A DNA stretch of 64,000 nucleotides from an uncultured Chloroflexia bacterium. Lineage in GTDB: Bacteria > Chloroflexota > Anaerolineae > Anaerolineales > UBA4823. The notes beneath the pieces were generated by a model. That model was given only the letters and a program-made list of their open reading frames with translations, did not search any database and was not told the DNA's origin. Where the stretch lies: NCBI GenBank assembly GCA_963698765.1, contig CAVOSB010000035.1, forward strand, positions 48,497-112,496, read 5' to 3'. Position numbers and translations under genes: made by a program. Shown piece by piece: positions 61,645 to 64,000 of the stretch. Numbering within the stretch: the stretch's first letter is position 1; every line of letters starts with the position of its first letter.

Positions 61645-61798
61645 ATCGACTTGCACTTTCGCTCAGCGCCAGCTCCCTGCAGCAATTCCCCATCACCGGC
61701 AGTGTTTTCTTCAATTTCATTGAATTCAGTTATAATTAGATAGGTATTCCCTTATTTATCTTATATTCGGTTGTTGGTTGGCATGGGAGCAGGTAAAG

Positions 61799-62071
61799 AT
61801 GAAAATTATTCTCAAGCGCCGGTTGAATAATTATGATCAATGGAAGAAGGTCGTTTTAGATTACGACGGATTGCGTAAGCAGTACGGTTCGAAAGGCGGA
61901 GATGTCTACCGCAGCGCCAAAGATCCCAATGAAGTCTACCTGGTGTTTGAGTGGGACGACTCAAAGCCCTATCAGGGTTACCTAAACCTCCTCGAAGTAA
62001 AAAAAGCCCTGGCGGATAGTGGGACTACAGAAGTCATCGAAGTGAGCGAATCCTTCCACCTGGAAGAATAA
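61799..62071 (+). CDS. Small conserved alpha+beta protein (about 90 aa), function unknown
   Basis: MKIILKRRLNNYDQWKKVVLDYDGLRKQYGSKGGDVYRSAKDPNEVYLVFEWDD... It resembles a widespread small family with an ABM/Dabb-like pattern. This assignment is from memory only. Confidence 0.5.
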   Translation: MKIILKRRLNNYDQWKKVVLDYDGLRKQYGSKGGDVYRSAKDPNEVYLVFEWDDSKPYQGYLNLLEVKKALADSGTTEVIEVSESFHLEE

Positions 62072-62080
62072 TTTTCTCTG

Positions 62081-62189
62081 TTACTCGCGACGTCGCCCAG
62101 CGTGGCCTAACTCGCAACGATGCTCAGTGTCATCTTACTCGCAACGATGCTGAGCATCGTTGCGTCTTTCTTTGGCGCTCTGCACCCCT
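62081..62189. repeat. Cluster of 3 REP-like copies; the last contains a 12-bp perfect palindrome
   Basis: The copies are ttactcgcgacg..., taactcgcaacgatgctcag... and ttactCGCAACGATGCTgAGCATCGTTGCGtctttctttggcgctctgcacccct. The cluster lies between convergent genes. Confidence 0.8.
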
Positions 62190-62232
62190 CTCCTCCTTCC
62201 ACGTCACAGAGTCAAATTCCAAACCACACCCG

Positions 62233-62689
62233 CTACCAGACGTAAACGCTCTCCGGCTGCAGGCGGATCAGCGTGTTCTCGGCGTCGTGGATCCAGCTCT
62301 GCGGCTCGGGATCCTTCACCCCCTCTTCTCCCAGGTAGCGGGTATAGATAAGCAGGGACTGCGCGACCACGAATTCCACCGGTGAGTCGATCAGCTCCGC
62401 CTGCCCCTCCAGCAGCACGCCCCAGGTGGGAGGCGCACCTTCCGGAGGCGGGCCTCCTCCGTCCACCACCACCGCACAGCGCGGGTTGAGCCGCAGCTCG
62501 CGGAACTTCGCGCGTGCTGCGGAAGCCGCTCATCCACAGGCACTCCCCGTCCCAGTAAAACCACAGCGGCACCACGTGCGGCTGCAGGGTCCCAGGCGAG
62601 GCCGTCGCCAGGCGCGCCAGGGCCGGACGGCTCAGGATTTCATCGATTCGGCGTTTGGCCTCAGCATCCAATCTGGACGGGTGGGTCAT
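62233..62689 (-). CDS. Pyridoxamine 5'-phosphate oxidase-family (flavin/F420-binding split-barrel) protein (frameshift near 62500)
   Basis: RPALARLATASPGTLQPHVVPLWFYWDGECLWMS... then RCAVVVDGG....WGVLLEGQAELI. Confidence 0.75.
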
Positions 62690-62714
62690 GAGACCTCGGT
62701 GTTTAATGTATGCA

Positions 62715-64000
62715 TTATTCTAAATTTAGCGTTCCCAGTACAGTGTCTTTATGCAATCCGGTAAGCATCACCGGTGTGATCTGGTTCCACAATCCCACCA
62801 GCGAGCTGGCATGCACCCTCAGGTAATTGTCCGTCAGCCCGCTCATCTTCCACCCCTTCGGCCCCAGCGAAACCGCACTCTCCCACAGCACCGGCAGCAC
62901 CTTTCCCACGAACCCTGCCCGGTAATCCTCAGCCGACTCCGCCAGCGCTTCCCGCATCAGCCGGCTGCGCTCTTTTCGCACTGCCGCCGGCACCTGCCCA
63001 TCCATGCGGCTGGCAGCCGTGCCCGGGCGCGGCGAGTAGCTGAATACATGCCCGCCGGAGAATTTGATCTCCTTAACAAACTCCAGGCTCTCCTCGAATT
63101 CTTCTTCACTCTCGCCCGGGAAACCCACGATCACGTCAGTGGTGATCGCCACGCCGGGAATCAGCTTCCGGGCTGTTTCCACCAGTTTCGCAAATGCCTC
63201 CGGCGTCGTCTTGCGCTGCATGCGCTGCAGGGTAGCTTCACATCCGCTCTGCAGTGGCAGGTGCAGGTGGCGGCACAGGCGCGCGTTCTCCCACAACCCG
63301 AAGAAATCCTCGTCCAGGTCCCACGGCTCCAGCGAGGACAGCCGCAGGCGCGGCAGCTCCGTTTCATCCAGAACCATGCGCAGCAGCTCTCCCAGCTTCC
63401 TTCCGGGCTGCAAGTCCTGCCCCCACGAGCCCAGGTGCACCCCGGTCAGCACGGCTTCCTGCACTGCTGTAGTAACCTCCTGCCCACCATGGCAGCTCAC
63501 CGCCCGGATTTCCGCCAGGACCTCCGCAGCCTCTCGGCTGCTGCCCTTGCCGCGCGCCAGCGCCGTGACGCAGAAGGCGCAGCGGTTGTCGCAGCCGTCC
63601 TGCACCTTGATGAAAGCGCGCGTCCTGGATCTCGCTCCGGGGACCGGCACCCGCTCCAGCGGCTCGAGCTCGAATTCATCCAGCGGCAGCCCGAGCACCT
63701 CCGCCACCAGGCGGTCTTTAGCGGCGTTCGGCACCACCCGGCTCACGCCCGGAAGTGAGGCCGCCTCGCGCGGCCGCAGCGTCGACCAGCAGCCGGTGAT
63801 GACCGTGCTGCCGCCTTCACCATGCTCGCCGCCCGCATGATGACCATTTCTCCTGGCTCGCTGCGCGTTGCGTACCTTCTGGCGTGAATCGGAAGCCGCC
63901 GCGGCGGTCACGGCGCAGGTGTTGATCACCGCCAGGTCTGCCAGCTCGGGCGCCTCCACCAGCGTCATGCCCGGCCTGGTCGAAACTGTCGTGCATAGGC
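62715..64000 (-). CDS. mtaB: Radical-SAM methylthiotransferase of the MiaB/MtaB family (N-terminus beyond the window edge; possible frameshifts near 63830)
   Basis: INTCAVT, VQDGCDNRCAFCV (radical SAM CxxxCxxC), HLHLPLQSG, GFPGESEEEF, and a C-terminal TRAM-like segment. Confidence 0.85.
   Translation of the reverse strand, partial: LCTTVSTRPGMTLVEAPELADLAVINTCAVTAAAASDSRQKVRNAQRARRNGHHAGGEHGEGGSTVITGCWSTLRPREAASLPGVSRVVPNAAKDRLVAEVLGLPLDEFELEPLERVPVPGARSRTRAFIKVQDGCDNRCAFCVTALARGKGSSREAAEVLAEIRAVSCHGGQEVTTAVQEAVLTGVHLGSWGQDLQPGRKLGELLRMVLDETELPRLRLSSLEPWDLDEDFFGLWENARLCRHLHLPLQSGCEATLQRMQRKTTPEAFAKLVETARKLIPGVAITTDVIVGFPGESEEEFEESLEFVKEIKFSGGHVFSYSPRPGTAASRMDGQVPAAVRKERSRLMREALAESAEDYRAGFVGKVLPVLWESAVSLGPKGWKMSGLTDNYLRVHASSLVGLWNQITPVMLTGLHKDTVLGTLNLE

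Overview
This is a high-GC bacterial chromosomal segment of about 55 protein genes. I found no rRNA, tRNA or CRISPR array. The gene content (HrcA/CIRCE heat-shock regulon, F420-type luciferase-like oxidoreductase, RNase J, many membrane-anchored TPR proteins) would fit a Chloroflexota-like organism, but taxonomy cannot be established from the sequence alone.

Gene layout, left to right:
- 1-4.3 kb: hrcA-grpE-dnaK-dnaJ operon with a perfect CIRCE.
- 4.4-10.4 kb: MFS transporter, trmD and two tandem TPR paralogs.
- 10.5-12.6 kb: CIRCE-controlled groES-groEL.
- 12.9-15.7 kb: a zinc-ribbon + 2xFHA + ABC exporter fusion.
- 16.0-19.3 kb: an IS5/IS1182-like element, then RNase J.
- 19.3-20.2 kb: a compositionally bizarre non-coding spacer.
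- 20-33 kb: housekeeping genes (pcm, moaA, corA and others).
- 33.6-41.2 kb: clpC-like gene and uvrA. The uvrA gene carries an intragenic GC-rich palindromic element.
- 41.4-42.8 kb: arsM overlapping a Cys-rich ECF sigma factor gene.
- 44.6-46.2 kb: a Trx-Trx-VKOR fusion.
- 46.3-52.7 kb: an ArsR-flanked arsenic and thiol-redox island.
- 52.7-57.4 kb: an ABC-2 exporter with two ArsR-DUF2087 regulators.
- 57.5-64 kb: DUF711, TrmH, macro domain, HIT, a low-GC islet and mtaB.

The most interesting candidate system is the non-canonical ars operon. It couples ACR3 efflux to a GcvH-like lipoyl carrier, two DGC-domain proteins, OsmC- and AhpD-like proteins, and a recurring uncharacterised Cys-Cys domain.

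Major caveat: almost every gene longer than about 1 kb shows one or more frameshifts, usually at homopolymers. These most likely reflect indel errors in the assembly, so the coordinates given are for reconstructed genes.
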